From an uncultured Pseudomonadota bacterium (GTDB taxonomy: Bacteria; Myxococcota_A; Polyangia; Fen-1088), in the NCBI GenBank assembly GCA_963847705.1, contig CAWKBC010000029.1, positions 192,001 through 256,000 on the forward strand: a stretch of 64,000 bases of DNA, in the 5' to 3' direction. A program made the position numbers and the translations under genes. This document shows positions 20,351 to 29,466 of this stretch, in pieces. The notes below the pieces were generated by a model. It did no database searches. It had not been told where the DNA came from and saw only the letters and a list, made by a program, of their open reading frames with translations. How positions within the stretch are numbered: the stretch's first letter is position 1; every line of letters begins with the position of its first letter.

Positions 20351-20556
20351 TCGGCGCGCGTGAACCCTGTTTCGTGCGGCCTCGAACGCCGTCCGCTCGC
20401 GCCCGGGTCCAGGTCCGCACGAAGCTTTTTCCGGCGCGTGGGCTGCGCTCACGTTTTGAAATGGCAGCCCACGCGCCGGAAAAAGCCCGGTGCGGACCGG
20501 AGAGTGAGCGCGAGCGGGCGACGTTCGATCCCGCACCGCTCGGGGTTCACCGCCGA
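20351..20556. repeat. ~206-nt imperfect palindrome (rod-like hairpin)
   Basis: Perfect 23-bp arms at 20424-20446 and 20464-20486 around a 17-nt loop, extended outward by stems of 9, 10, 7, 6, 8 and 6 bp. Confidence 0.93.
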
Positions 20557-20557
20557 C

Positions 20558-20967
20558 GCGAGGCGAGCGAGGCGAAGCCGTCGCGAGCGAGCCCGTTAGC
20601 GAGGCGAGCGAGGCGAAGCCGTCGCGAGCGAGCCCGTCAGCGGGGCGAGCGACGCGAAGCCGTCGCGAGCGAGCCCGTCAGCGGGGCGAGCAAGGCGAAG
20701 CCGTCGCGAGCGAGCCCGTTAGCGAGGCGAGCGAGGCGAAGCCGATGCGAGCGAGCCCGTTAGCGAGGCGAGCGAGGCGAAGCCGATGCGAGCGAGCCCG
20801 TTAGCGAGGCGAGCGAGGCGAAGCCGTCGCGAGCGAGCCCGTTAGCGAGGCGAGCGAGGCGAAGCCGATGCGAGCGAGCCCGTTAGCGAGGCGAGCGAGG
20901 CGAAGCCGTCGCGAGCGAGCCCGTTAGCGAGGCGAGCGAGGCGAAGCCGATGCGAGCGAGCCCGTTA
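20558..20967. repeat. Tandem array B: 10 x 41 bp
   Basis: Unit gcgaggcgagcgaggcgaagccg(tc/at)gcgagcgagcccgtta with an exact 41-bp period and no spacers. Confidence 0.97.
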
Positions 20968-20973
20968 GCGTCC

Positions 20974-22341
20974 CTACGGGGCCTGTAGTTCCCAGCGGCG
21001 CACGAGCACGGACGGGGAGCCGCCCGCGGCCTGGAAGTCGTCCAGGAAATCGTCGGCGGGCGTCCGGCCGGCTTCGGCGTAGGCCAGCAGAGGTGCCAGG
21101 AGCAATGAGTCTTCGGATGTGGCCGGCAACCGTGCGAGACCGAGAGCCGCGATCTTGCAGAGCTCGACCGCCAGCTCGCGCACGGAGCGGCGGCCAAAAC
21201 GCGCCGCCAGCGCGGTCCGCGGCACCTCTCGACGCAGGGCCTCTCGCTCCTCGAACGCATGATCGGCCACCAGCGCGTAGGCGGCGCGGCGCGCCTCTGG
21301 ATCCTCCAGGATGCCGCGCCAGAGGGCACCGAGGCCGCGCGCCATCGGCATCGGCCCGGCGTCGGCGCCGCGCACCTCGATGTAGCGCTTGAGACGCACC
21401 TCGGGGAAGAGCGTCGAGAGGTGGACCTCCCAGTCGGCGATGGTCGCTCGCAGGCCTTGCCACCCTTCGGTCATGAAGCGACGGAAGGTCATCTTGTCGG
21501 CCGGCCGATAGACGCCGTCGCGAACGACGAAGAACATCGGCACGTCCAGCGCCCACTCGACGTAGTCGCGGAAACGGAAGTCGGGCTTGAAGACGAACGG
21601 GAGCAGCCCGCAACGATCGGCGTCGGTCTCCAGCCAGATCGCCGCCCGGTAGCTCTTGAAGCCGCTCGGACGTCCGAGGGCGATCGGCGAGGCGGCGAAG
21701 AGCGCAGTGACGATGGAGGTCACGCCGTAGGCGGTGCGGATCTTTTCGGCCGCGTCGTCCTCGCTGGCGAAGTCGAAGTTGGCCTGGACCGTGGCCGTCA
21801 TCTTCATCATCTGATGCGCGAGGCGGCTCTGGCGGCCGTAGCGGGGGAAATAGTCGCGCATCACCACGTAGCGGCGCTTGGGCAGCCAGGCGATGTCGTC
21901 CGGCGAACCGAAGGGTCGCGACCCCGTGCCGATGAAGCGAATCCCCAGCGGTCGGGCGGCTTCGGCCACTTCTCGCACGTGGGCATCGAGCGCTGCCGCG
22001 CAGTCCGCGGCGGTGAGGAGGGCGCCGCCCGACAGCTCGAGCTGGCCCCCCGGCTCCATGGTGATCCGGTCCCCTTTTCGCGCGAGCGCGATGGCGTGCC
22101 CGTCCTCCCGCGTGGCCTCGAATCCCCGCCCCTCGAGCCGCGCCAGCACCTCGGCCAGGCCGCCCTCACCCTCGTACGGGACCGGGCGGCCGTCGTCCCG
22201 GACGGCGATCTTTTCCTGCTCGATGCCGATCCTGAAGCTGGTCCGATCCTTGGCGCCCGATCGGAAGTACGCAACCAGATCCTCGATCGACAGGGGGGCC
22301 GCGGCCGAGGGGCCGGTCGGAGGAGACAGGGGGCTGGACAT
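20974..22341 (-). CDS. gshA: Glutamate--cysteine ligase (GCS2 family, plant/alphaproteobacterial type)
   Basis: IGIEQEK, ITMEPGGQLELSG, PKRRY, MMKMTATVQANFD, HLSTLFPEVRLKRYIEVRGAD. Confidence 0.93.
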   Translation of the reverse strand: MSSPLSPPTGPSAAAPLSIEDLVAYFRSGAKDRTSFRIGIEQEKIAVRDDGRPVPYEGEGGLAEVLARLEGRGFEATREDGHAIALARKGDRITMEPGGQLELSGGALLTAADCAAALDAHVREVAEAARPLGIRFIGTGSRPFGSPDDIAWLPKRRYVVMRDYFPRYGRQSRLAHQMMKMTATVQANFDFASEDDAAEKIRTAYGVTSIVTALFAASPIALGRPSGFKSYRAAIWLETDADRCGLLPFVFKPDFRFRDYVEWALDVPMFFVVRDGVYRPADKMTFRRFMTEGWQGLRATIADWEVHLSTLFPEVRLKRYIEVRGADAGPMPMARGLGALWRGILEDPEARRAAYALVADHAFEEREALRREVPRTALAARFGRRSVRELAVELCKIAALGLARLPATSEDSLLLAPLLAYAEAGRTPADDFLDDFQAAGGSPSVLVRRWELQAP

Positions 22342-22600
22342 CAGGTTGGGGGTTCTGCCGGACGGGGGCCGCCCGAGCGGCCAGGGGCGACTGAAGGGGC
22401 AGCGGAAGGGAGGCGAAGGCTAGCCACCACCCCCTCGATCGTCAATTCCGATTGCGTGACCTCTTCCACATGGCGGAAATGACTCGTGCCCGGGGTCGGC
22501 AACGGATAAAATTGACGGCGGTGGCCCATCGCAGGCACTTATTCGATGACCTAACCTTGTGCCGGGGTTCCTGATTTTGGGTGAGTTCACTCTCCCGCCG

Positions 22601-22606
22601 TATAAT
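22601..22606 (+). promoter_or_regulatory. Perfect -10 hexamer upstream of the DUF4388 gene
   Basis: TATAAT in an AT-richer intergenic region, 26 nt before the ATG at 22633. Confidence 0.45.
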
Positions 22607-22632
22607 GGGACGCCGCGCCCCGTCCAACTTCC

Positions 22633-24492
22633 ATGATTCAGCCGTCCAGCCTCTTCGTCGTCGACGCCGACGCGCGCAGCCTCGAGACTCTGACGTTCGG
22701 GTTCGAACGGGAGGGGTGCAAGGTCACTGGCACCTCCGATCTGAAGCGGGCGACCCTCCTGGTCCGCTCGGCCGGGGCGGAGGTGGCCGTCGTCTCGCTC
22801 CGGGAGCCAGAGCCGTCGTCGCTGGAGGTGGTGAGCTCCCTGCGCGAGATCGCCAAGGACCTTCCCATCGTGGTGCTCGGGCCGCAGGGGTCCAAGGCGG
22901 ACGCGCTGCGGGCCGGCGCGGCCGACTTTTTGACCCTTCCGACCTATCTGCGCGACGTGATCGGCGTGGGGAAGCTGAGCGCGCTCGGAAGCAAGGCGGG
23001 GCACGCGCCGGATGCCGAGGGCTCGAGCGAGCTGCAGACGCGCCTCTCGGAGCACTACGGCCTCTTCTATCTGCTGCGCGCCATGGCGTCGTCGGAGCGC
23101 TCGGGGATCCTCGCTCTGACCCGCGGGAACCGACGGGCGGAGCTGCGCATCCACGAAGGGACCGTCGTCTCGGCCAGCGTGGGGGCGATGCAGGGGCTCC
23201 CGGCGCTGCATCACCTCCTGCTGTGGGAAGAGGCGGCCCTCACCCTCACCCGTCGCGCCATCCCCAAGCGCAGCCAGCTGCATCTGTCGGCGCAGGAGAT
23301 CCTCGACGAATGCGAACGGTTCCTGCGCGACTTCGCCCACGCGGCCCGTGACCTTGGCTCGCCGCGCACGCTCTATGCGGCGGCCGGTGAACCCACGGCG
23401 GAGCTGCGGGGCTTGCAACCGAGCCAGGTGACCCCGCTCCTCCGTCTGTTCGACGGACGCCGGGTGCTGGCCGACGTCATCGAGGAGAGCCCGTTCCGCA
23501 TCTTCGACACCGTCCGCATGATCCGCCGGCTGCGCGACGGCGGCATGCTGGTCGTTCGGCCCGACGAGCCGAGCCCGGAGCGCAGGGACACGCGCACCGG
23601 CGCCGAATCGGGCGGCGCCCGCAAGAACGGAACGCCGAAGTCGATGCTGGCCGAGTGGGCGATGGTCCCCGATCAGCGCGGCGTGGTCGGCGACCGCCGG
23701 ACCACCAGCCGTCGGCTCCGGCCTCTGGAGGCCAAGGCGCCGGCGCCCACGCCGATCCCGCTCACGACCAAGAAGGGGGCGAGCGCCACCGGCGAGATCG
23801 CTGCCGCCAAGCGGAAGCCGACGCCCGCCACCGCATCGGCCAGCTTTCTGGCGGTGGCACCGACGGTCCAGGTGCAGCTCGACGCGAACGGCGTGCCCGT
23901 CGGTCAGCCGCTGGTGGCATCCAATCCCTCGTCCTTCCCCTCGGAGAGAACGCCGCCGCCGATCCGCGCCCGCGCTCCGAGCGGCCGGTTCGCCCAGGTC
24001 GAGGACGCGCCGCCGTCTCGCAGGAGCGAGCCAAGAAACGAGCCGACGCCGCTGCCCGCTCGCACCCGCAGCGGCCGGCTCCCTTCGCTCGAGGACGCGC
24101 TGCCGTTCCCCAATCCCGAGGCGAAGCCCCAGCCGAAGCTCGAGGCGAAGCTCGACCCCAAGGGCGAGCCGACCCTCCTGCCCGTTCGTGCCCGCAGTGG
24201 CAGCGGGCGCCTGCCCCCGCTCGAGGACGCGCCCCAACCCAGGAACGAGCGGACTTCCGAACGGACTTCCGACCGGACTTCCGAACGGACCTCCGACCGG
24301 ACTTCCGACCGGACGCCCCGCCCGCGCAGGATCAGCAGCGACGGAAAGACCATCGCGCCGGACGAGTTCGACGCCATCGAGTCCGACTTCTTCGCGCGCG
24401 AGGCGGATCTCTACAAGCGCGAGGCGCTGGAGACCTTCGACGATCTCGATCCCATCGCGGGCCTGCCAGGCCGCCGTCCCCCCAAGAAGTAG
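22633..24492 (+). CDS. Pseudo-receiver plus DUF4388 (PATAN-like) domain protein with a long disordered tail
   Basis: N-terminal REC-like fold (FVVDAD..AGAADFLTLP); ERSGILAL..AELRIHEGTVVSA..GLPALHHLLLW..QEILDE. Confidence 0.75.
   Translation: MIQPSSLFVVDADARSLETLTFGFEREGCKVTGTSDLKRATLLVRSAGAEVAVVSLREPEPSSLEVVSSLREIAKDLPIVVLGPQGSKADALRAGAADFLTLPTYLRDVIGVGKLSALGSKAGHAPDAEGSSELQTRLSEHYGLFYLLRAMASSERSGILALTRGNRRAELRIHEGTVVSASVGAMQGLPALHHLLLWEEAALTLTRRAIPKRSQLHLSAQEILDECERFLRDFAHAARDLGSPRTLYAAAGEPTAELRGLQPSQVTPLLRLFDGRRVLADVIEESPFRIFDTVRMIRRLRDGGMLVVRPDEPSPERRDTRTGAESGGARKNGTPKSMLAEWAMVPDQRGVVGDRRTTSRRLRPLEAKAPAPTPIPLTTKKGASATGEIAAAKRKPTPATASASFLAVAPTVQVQLDANGVPVGQPLVASNPSSFPSERTPPPIRARAPSGRFAQVEDAPPSRRSEPRNEPTPLPARTRSGRLPSLEDALPFPNPEAKPQPKLEAKLDPKGEPTLLPVRARSGSGRLPPLEDAPQPRNERTSERTSDRTSERTSDRTSDRTPRPRRISSDGKTIAPDEFDAIESDFFAREADLYKREALETFDDLDPIAGLPGRRPPKK
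24250..24309 (+). repeat. 5 x 12-bp coding repeat (RTSE/RTSD)
   Basis: cggacYtccgaM repeated five times. Confidence 0.9.
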
Positions 24493-24501
24493 GGCGCGCC
24501 G

Positions 24502-25164
24502 TCAGCTTTTCCAGATCAGATCGACGCGACCGATCGGGCTGGCGAACCTGAGCGTCAGCGAGCCAGACCTCACGCCCGCGAAGTCGCCGCCCGGCGCCGG
24601 CATGATGAAGCGGACGCTGTAGGTCTTGGTGAACGGCGTCTTGGCCGGAAAAAACTCGCGCTCGTAGGCGTCGGGGAGCTTCTCGATGCGCACCCGCTCC
24701 GAAGGGAGCTCGTGCCCGAGCGCGTCCAACAGAGTGACCCGCCAGGGGGTGCTGGCCTTCTCCAGATCGTTCCAGTCGTAGTTCGCGCTCTGGGCGGTGA
24801 CGTGAAACTCGAAGGCCTGGCGGTTGGCCTCCTGCTGGGCCTCGCGGAGCTCGACCCGCTTGGCGTCCGAGAGACTGTAGATCGAGGCGTACTTCTCGAT
24901 GTACGCCTCGCGAAAGTCCCAGCTCTTGAAGGTGGCCCAGACCTCCAGCGACTTGTCGACGATCTGCTCGGTGGCGTAGTCGTGGCGGGTCCAGCGCTCG
25001 TAGACCCCGTTGTAGTCGTTGGGAAGATAGTCACGGGGCGTCTCGGAAAAATCGACGCGCACCTGCTTCTGCGTCGCGCAGCTGGCGCCCAGCGCAAGAG
25101 TGACCGCGAGAGCGAGGAACCAGGTCCGCGCCCATCCGCCCACCCGCAACCCCACCCCCGTCAT
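24502..25164 (-). CDS. Hypothetical lipoprotein
   Basis: Signal ending LGASC; GC3-biased frame; ATGA overlap with pyrE. Confidence 0.7.
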   Translation of the reverse strand: MTGVGLRVGGWARTWFLALAVTLALGASCATQKQVRVDFSETPRDYLPNDYNGVYERWTRHDYATEQIVDKSLEVWATFKSWDFREAYIEKYASIYSLSDAKRVELREAQQEANRQAFEFHVTAQSANYDWNDLEKASTPWRVTLLDALGHELPSERVRIEKLPDAYEREFFPAKTPFTKTYSVRFIMPAPGGDFAGVRSGSLTLRFASPIGRVDLIWKS

Positions 25165-25733
25165 CGCAGGAAGTCTTGGCGGCGAAACAGAGTGACGAGC
25201 GGCGCTTCCTTCTCCAAGGTTTCCCGCCCCCCTTCGTCCCGATCGACCAACCCGAGGATGATCGCCACCTTGAGCCCATGCTCGCGCGCGCGGGCGATCG
25301 CCTTCAGCGCGGAGCCGCCGGTGGTGACGACGTCCTCGAGGATCGCCACCGGCATCCCGGGACGCAGCGACTTCGTCCCCTCGATCCAGGCCGCCGTGCC
25401 GTGCCCTTTGGCCTCCTTGCGCACGTAGAACGCCGGGAGCGGACGGCCGGCCACGTAGCTCAGCGTCGAGACCGCCGAGGCGAGCGGATCGGCCCCCATG
25501 GTGACGCCGCCGATCGCTTCGACCTCGGGCGCCTGGGTGGCCAGAATGCGCCCGAAGAGGCTGCCCACCAGGAAGTGTCCCTCGGCGGTCAGCACCGTCT
25601 GCTTGCAGTCGATGTAGAAGTTGCTCTTCGCCCCCGACGCCAGCGTGACCTCGCGCTCCTCGTACGAGAGCCGGGTCATGAGCGCGAGGAGCCGCTTTCG
25701 GTTCTCCTCGAAGAGCTCCGCGCCGATCGACAT
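25161..25733 (-). CDS. pyrE: Orotate phosphoribosyltransferase
   Basis: TLASGAKSNFYIDCK, VRKEAKGHGT, ILEDVVTTGGS PRPP-binding motif. Confidence 0.95.
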   Translation of the reverse strand: MSIGAELFEENRKRLLALMTRLSYEEREVTLASGAKSNFYIDCKQTVLTAEGHFLVGSLFGRILATQAPEVEAIGGVTMGADPLASAVSTLSYVAGRPLPAFYVRKEAKGHGTAAWIEGTKSLRPGMPVAILEDVVTTGGSALKAIARAREHGLKVAIILGLVDRDEGGRETLEKEAPLVTLFRRQDFLR

Positions 25734-25744
25734 CGCGGTGACTC

Positions 25745-26479
25745 CTAGAGCCCTTCGAGCGGATCGTTGCTGACGTCGCGCTTGCCGACGTTCTTGACCT
25801 TCGTCGTCGCCGTCGAGTCCGACTTCGAGCCGCTGTGCGACGGGCGGGAATGCGTCTGCGTTTGCGACTGCGCCTGGGCCCGCGCGGTGGCAGCGTCGGC
25901 CCGGATCTTCGCCCGCTCTTCCTCGCTCTTCGCGCTGGCGAGCTTGTCGTTCATGTCCTTCTGGATGGCCGCCATCTTGGACTCGAACTCGGCCTGCGCC
26001 CGCTTCGCCTCGGCGCGGGCGGCGTCCAGCTGCGCCTGCGCGACAGCCTGCTCGGCCTGGTGCTGGGTGTACATCTTGTAGCCGAGGCCACCGCCGACGG
26101 CGATCAGGATGACCGCCACCGTCACCACCGCCTTGACCGGCGAGCTGCGCGCCTTGGCGTGCACCTCGAGGCGCATCCGCTCCTCGTGGATGCGCATCTC
26201 ACCTTCGACCCGCGCCCGTCGCTCGGCCTCCTGCAGGCGCATCTGGTCCTCACGCACCCTCGCCTGTTGTTCCTCTTCGGCGCGGCGGATCCGTTCGGCC
26301 TCTTCGCGATGGCGGCGCTCCTCCGCCTCACGGGCGGCGCGCTCCGCCGCCTCCTTCGCGGCACGCTCCGACTCGCGGCGCGCGGCAAGCTCGTCCTGCT
26401 CCAGGCGGACGCGATCGTCCTCGATCCGACGCAGCTCCTTCAGCGAAAACAGAACCGAATTCTCACGTCGATCGGACAT
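25745..26479 (-). CDS. Single-pass membrane coiled-coil protein with N-terminal ENSVLFSL motif
   Basis: E/R-rich coiled coil, TM segment AVVTVAVILIAVGGGLG, second coiled coil. Confidence 0.75.
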   Translation of the reverse strand: MSDRRENSVLFSLKELRRIEDDRVRLEQDELAARRESERAAKEAAERAAREAEERRHREEAERIRRAEEEQQARVREDQMRLQEAERRARVEGEMRIHEERMRLEVHAKARSSPVKAVVTVAVILIAVGGGLGYKMYTQHQAEQAVAQAQLDAARAEAKRAQAEFESKMAAIQKDMNDKLASAKSEEERAKIRADAATARAQAQSQTQTHSRPSHSGSKSDSTATTKVKNVGKRDVSNDPLEGL

Positions 26480-26562
26480 GGGCCCTTTCCTGGTAACACG
26501 AATTGTCCGGCGCTTCAATCCACGCCACGCTGGCGCGCCGGCGTTCGGCAAGCACCGAGATC

Positions 26563-27090
26563 CTACTTGAACTGCGCCAGAAGCTTGTCGATGGCGGCGT
26601 TGTCGCGGCCGCCCTTGGCGGCCGACTTCTTGTCGTCGCCCGATCCCTTGGCAGCGACCGCGTCGCCGCCCTTGCCCTTCCCCTTCGCGCCCGCTTTGCC
26701 GCCGTGGTGGTGGTGATGACCGCTGGAGGCGTCGGCCACGGCCGTCTTCGAGCCATCCGCCGGATGAGCCTTGGCCGCCGCGGCGGCCAGCTTGGCCGCC
26801 TCGATCTTGGCCGCCGCGTCTGCCTTCGCGGCTGCCTCCTTGGCGGCCGCTTCGGCGACACGCGCCTTGGCGGCCTCGATGGCCGCGTTGGCCTCGGCGG
26901 TCCGGGCGGCGATGAGCGCGTCGCGCTGCTGTTCAGCCGCCAGCTGTGCGGCGTGCCGTTTCCACATCGCGCCGCAGAGGATCACCGTCGAGACCAACAG
27001 CAGGGCACCGACGATCGCGACCGCCTTGACGGCGGGGTGCGCGCTCTCCGACGGGATGTCGAATTTCGGAAGCACCACTTTCTCGCTCAT
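26563..27090 (-). CDS. Single-pass membrane Ala/Lys-rich protein with His run
   Basis: TM segment AVAIVGALLLVSTVILCG; AAK-rich helix; HHHHHGGK; ends IDKLLAQFK. Confidence 0.7.
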   Translation of the reverse strand: MSEKVVLPKFDIPSESAHPAVKAVAIVGALLLVSTVILCGAMWKRHAAQLAAEQQRDALIAARTAEANAAIEAAKARVAEAAAKEAAAKADAAAKIEAAKLAAAAAKAHPADGSKTAVADASSGHHHHHGGKAGAKGKGKGGDAVAAKGSGDDKKSAAKGGRDNAAIDKLLAQFK

Positions 27091-27411
27091 CGCAAATCCG
27101 CTCCTTTGAACTACTTCTGGACCGCGCGCAGCCGCGTTCCGGGGGAATTTCATTCTAAGTGGTGGAAAAATCACATGCAACCGATTACCGGCGGCTCAGC
27201 TTTCGGCAGATCCGGCCGGCGACCGCCCCTCCTTTTTTCCTCTGGGGCATCCGTTCGCGCACACCTTCGTTCACCCCTTCGGGTCCACCCACGTTGCCCG
27301 TCGGTCGTCGGAAAACGGCGGTCGTGACCCTCAGGACGCTTTGCGCGTCCGCGGCGGCGCGCTATGTTGGCCGCCGTCCAGACTAATTTCCGGTGCAGGA
27401 ACGCCGGCCTG

Positions 27412-28149
27412 ATGGCCCACTACGTCGATCTCCACGCCCACTATCTCCCCGCCCTCGACGACGGCGCGACCGACCGACAGATGTCGCTGCAGATGGTCCG
27501 GGCGGTCGCCGCGCTGGGGTTCTCCGACCTCTATGCCACGCCGCACCAACGGGCGGGGATGTTCATGCCGGCCCGGGCGGCGATCGACGCCGCCTTCACG
27601 ACCGCCAAGGAAGACGCGGCCACCGCCGGCGTAGGCGCGACGCTCGGCCTCGGCGCCGAGAACTTCTGGGACACGGTCCTGCACGATCGGCTGCGCCTGC
27701 GCGCCGTCCCGTCATACGGCGGGGGTGCCGCATTCCTGTTCGAGGTCGGAACGCAGATGATGCCGACGGGGATCGAAAACGAGCTGTTTCAACTGCGCGT
27801 CAATGGCTACCTGCCGGTGATGGCCCACCCCGAGCGCTACCTGCCGGTCCAGCGAGATCTGGCGCTGGCAGAACGCCTCGCGCGCCACGCGGCGCTGATG
27901 GTGGATCTCGGAGCGCTCGACGGCGCCCACGGCAAGCAGGAGATGAAGACGGCGCGCAAGCTGGTGCTGGAAGGGCTGGCGACTGCGGCCGCCTCCGACA
28001 TCCACCGGCCCGAGGACCAGACCTCGGTGGCGGCCGGGATGGCCTGGATCCGCAAGCAGCTGGGCGACGGCGCGCTCACCACGATGCTGGACGAGAACCC
28101 ACGCCGCATGCTGGCCGGCGAGCTGCCGGAAACCCCCAGGTCCCCATGA
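27412..28149 (+). CDS. CpsB/CapC/YwqE-type PHP protein-tyrosine phosphatase
   Basis: VDLHAHYLPALDDGA, ATPH, LGAE, MAHPERY, ASDIH. Confidence 0.92.
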   Translation: MAHYVDLHAHYLPALDDGATDRQMSLQMVRAVAALGFSDLYATPHQRAGMFMPARAAIDAAFTTAKEDAATAGVGATLGLGAENFWDTVLHDRLRLRAVPSYGGGAAFLFEVGTQMMPTGIENELFQLRVNGYLPVMAHPERYLPVQRDLALAERLARHAALMVDLGALDGAHGKQEMKTARKLVLEGLATAAASDIHRPEDQTSVAAGMAWIRKQLGDGALTTMLDENPRRMLAGELPETPRSP

Positions 28150-29201
28150 GCCGGCGTCTCTTCGTTCAGGGGTTTCTCTCGCTGGTGGTCGGCGGCGTGT
28201 GCGTCGTCTACGCCGTGCACGGAATGGACGGGCACGCGGTGCTCGGGGCGCTGCGCGCGCTGGCCCCCTCGGCGGTGGCGCTCTACCTCGGGACCATGGT
28301 GGTGACGCATCTGTTCCGCACACTGCGCTGGGAGTACCTCCTGCGCGCGCTCGGGACCTCGCTGCCGTTTCGCCGTCTCCTGCCGATCTCGTCGGTGGGC
28401 TTCATGGCGATCCTGGCGCTGCCGGTCCGCCTCGGCGAGTTCGTGCGCCCCTACCTGGTGGCGCGCGAGCGCCACGTCCGGATGAGCACCATGGTGGGCG
28501 CCGTGGCGGTCGAGCGGATCGTCGACGGCCTCCTGATCTCGATCCTCTTCTTCGGCGCTTACCTGGCCTCGGCGGGCGATCTGTTCTCCTCGCAGCTGCG
28601 CGCCGCGGCCTGGCTGTCGCTGATCGGCTTCGTCGGGCTGACGACGTTCCTGATCCTGGCGCAGCTCTGGACCGATCGCACGATCGCCATCGCGCTCCGG
28701 CTGACGCTGGTGCAGTGGCTGGCGCCGTCCCGCGCGCCCGCGATCGACGAGAAGCTGCGCGCCCTGATCTCGGGCTTTCGCGCCCTGGCCGATCGCCGGA
28801 ACTTCTCCATCTTCCTGGTCCAGTCGGTGATCTACTGGGCCTCGACCGGGGTCGGGATGTGGATCCTGGCGCGCCACATGAACCTGCCGATCTCGCTGGG
28901 CGCCGCCTTCGTCATCATGGCGTTCACCGGCGTGGTGCTCAGCTTGCCGAACGCGCCGGGCCTGGTTGGCCAGTTCCACGCCGCGATCAAGATGGGGCTC
29001 ACCGCCTACGTGCCGGCCGCCGTGGTCAACTCGAACGGGATGGCTTATGCCATCGTGCTTCACGGCCTCCAGACGCTCTGGTACATCAGCGCTGGGCTGC
29101 TCTCGCTGCCGGCCCTTTCGCGCGCGGGCGTTCACGTCTCGTTGCGGGACGCCGTCCGCGAATCGACCCACGCAGCCGAGGTCGAAGAGGGGTTGAGCTA
29201 G
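28146..29201 (+). CDS. Lysylphosphatidylglycerol synthase TM-region (flippase-like) protein
   Basis: RTLRW, LPVRLGEFVRP, VERIVDG, PNAPGLVG motifs; polytopic. Confidence 0.85.
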   Translation: MSRRLFVQGFLSLVVGGVCVVYAVHGMDGHAVLGALRALAPSAVALYLGTMVVTHLFRTLRWEYLLRALGTSLPFRRLLPISSVGFMAILALPVRLGEFVRPYLVARERHVRMSTMVGAVAVERIVDGLLISILFFGAYLASAGDLFSSQLRAAAWLSLIGFVGLTTFLILAQLWTDRTIAIALRLTLVQWLAPSRAPAIDEKLRALISGFRALADRRNFSIFLVQSVIYWASTGVGMWILARHMNLPISLGAAFVIMAFTGVVLSLPNAPGLVGQFHAAIKMGLTAYVPAAVVNSNGMAYAIVLHGLQTLWYISAGLLSLPALSRAGVHVSLRDAVRESTHAAEVEEGLS

Positions 29202-29207
29202 AGCGAG

Positions 29208-29429
29208 CTACACCGGCGTCAGCTCGAGGAGCGGCGCCCCCTCCTCGATCGACGCCCCCTCTTTCGCCAGGATCGCCGCCACCGTCCCGGCCGCCGGGGA
29301 TTCGACCGGCATCTCCATCTTCATCGACTCGAGGATGGCGACGGTCTCTCCCTCGGCGACGGCGTCGCCGACCTTCACGTTGATCTTCCAGACCGTCCCG
29401 GTGATGTGAGCGTTCACGCTGATCGCCAT
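29208..29429 (-). CDS. Stand-alone biotin/lipoyl carrier protein
   Basis: ILESMKMEMPV biotinylation motif, 73 aa. Confidence 0.92.
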   Translation of the reverse strand: MAISVNAHITGTVWKINVKVGDAVAEGETVAILESMKMEMPVESPAAGTVAAILAKEGASIEEGAPLLELTPV

Positions 29430-29437
29430 GTCCGAGC

Positions 29438-29466
29438 AGGGTAGGAACCAGCCGCCGCGCCGTCAA
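29438..29466 (-). promoter_or_regulatory. Sigma70 promoter for the biotin carrier gene (likely leaderless)
   Basis: TTGACG-17 nt-TACCCT, ending 8 nt before the ATG. Confidence 0.6.

Noticed and set aside
20028-20967. CRISPR array
   Set aside because: Units are contiguous with no unique spacers, and there are no cas genes in the window
19709-21613. ORFs spanning the repeat arrays (ARLASLARP-type translations)
   Set aside because: Translations of 41- and 50-bp repeats whose periods are not multiples of three; low complexity
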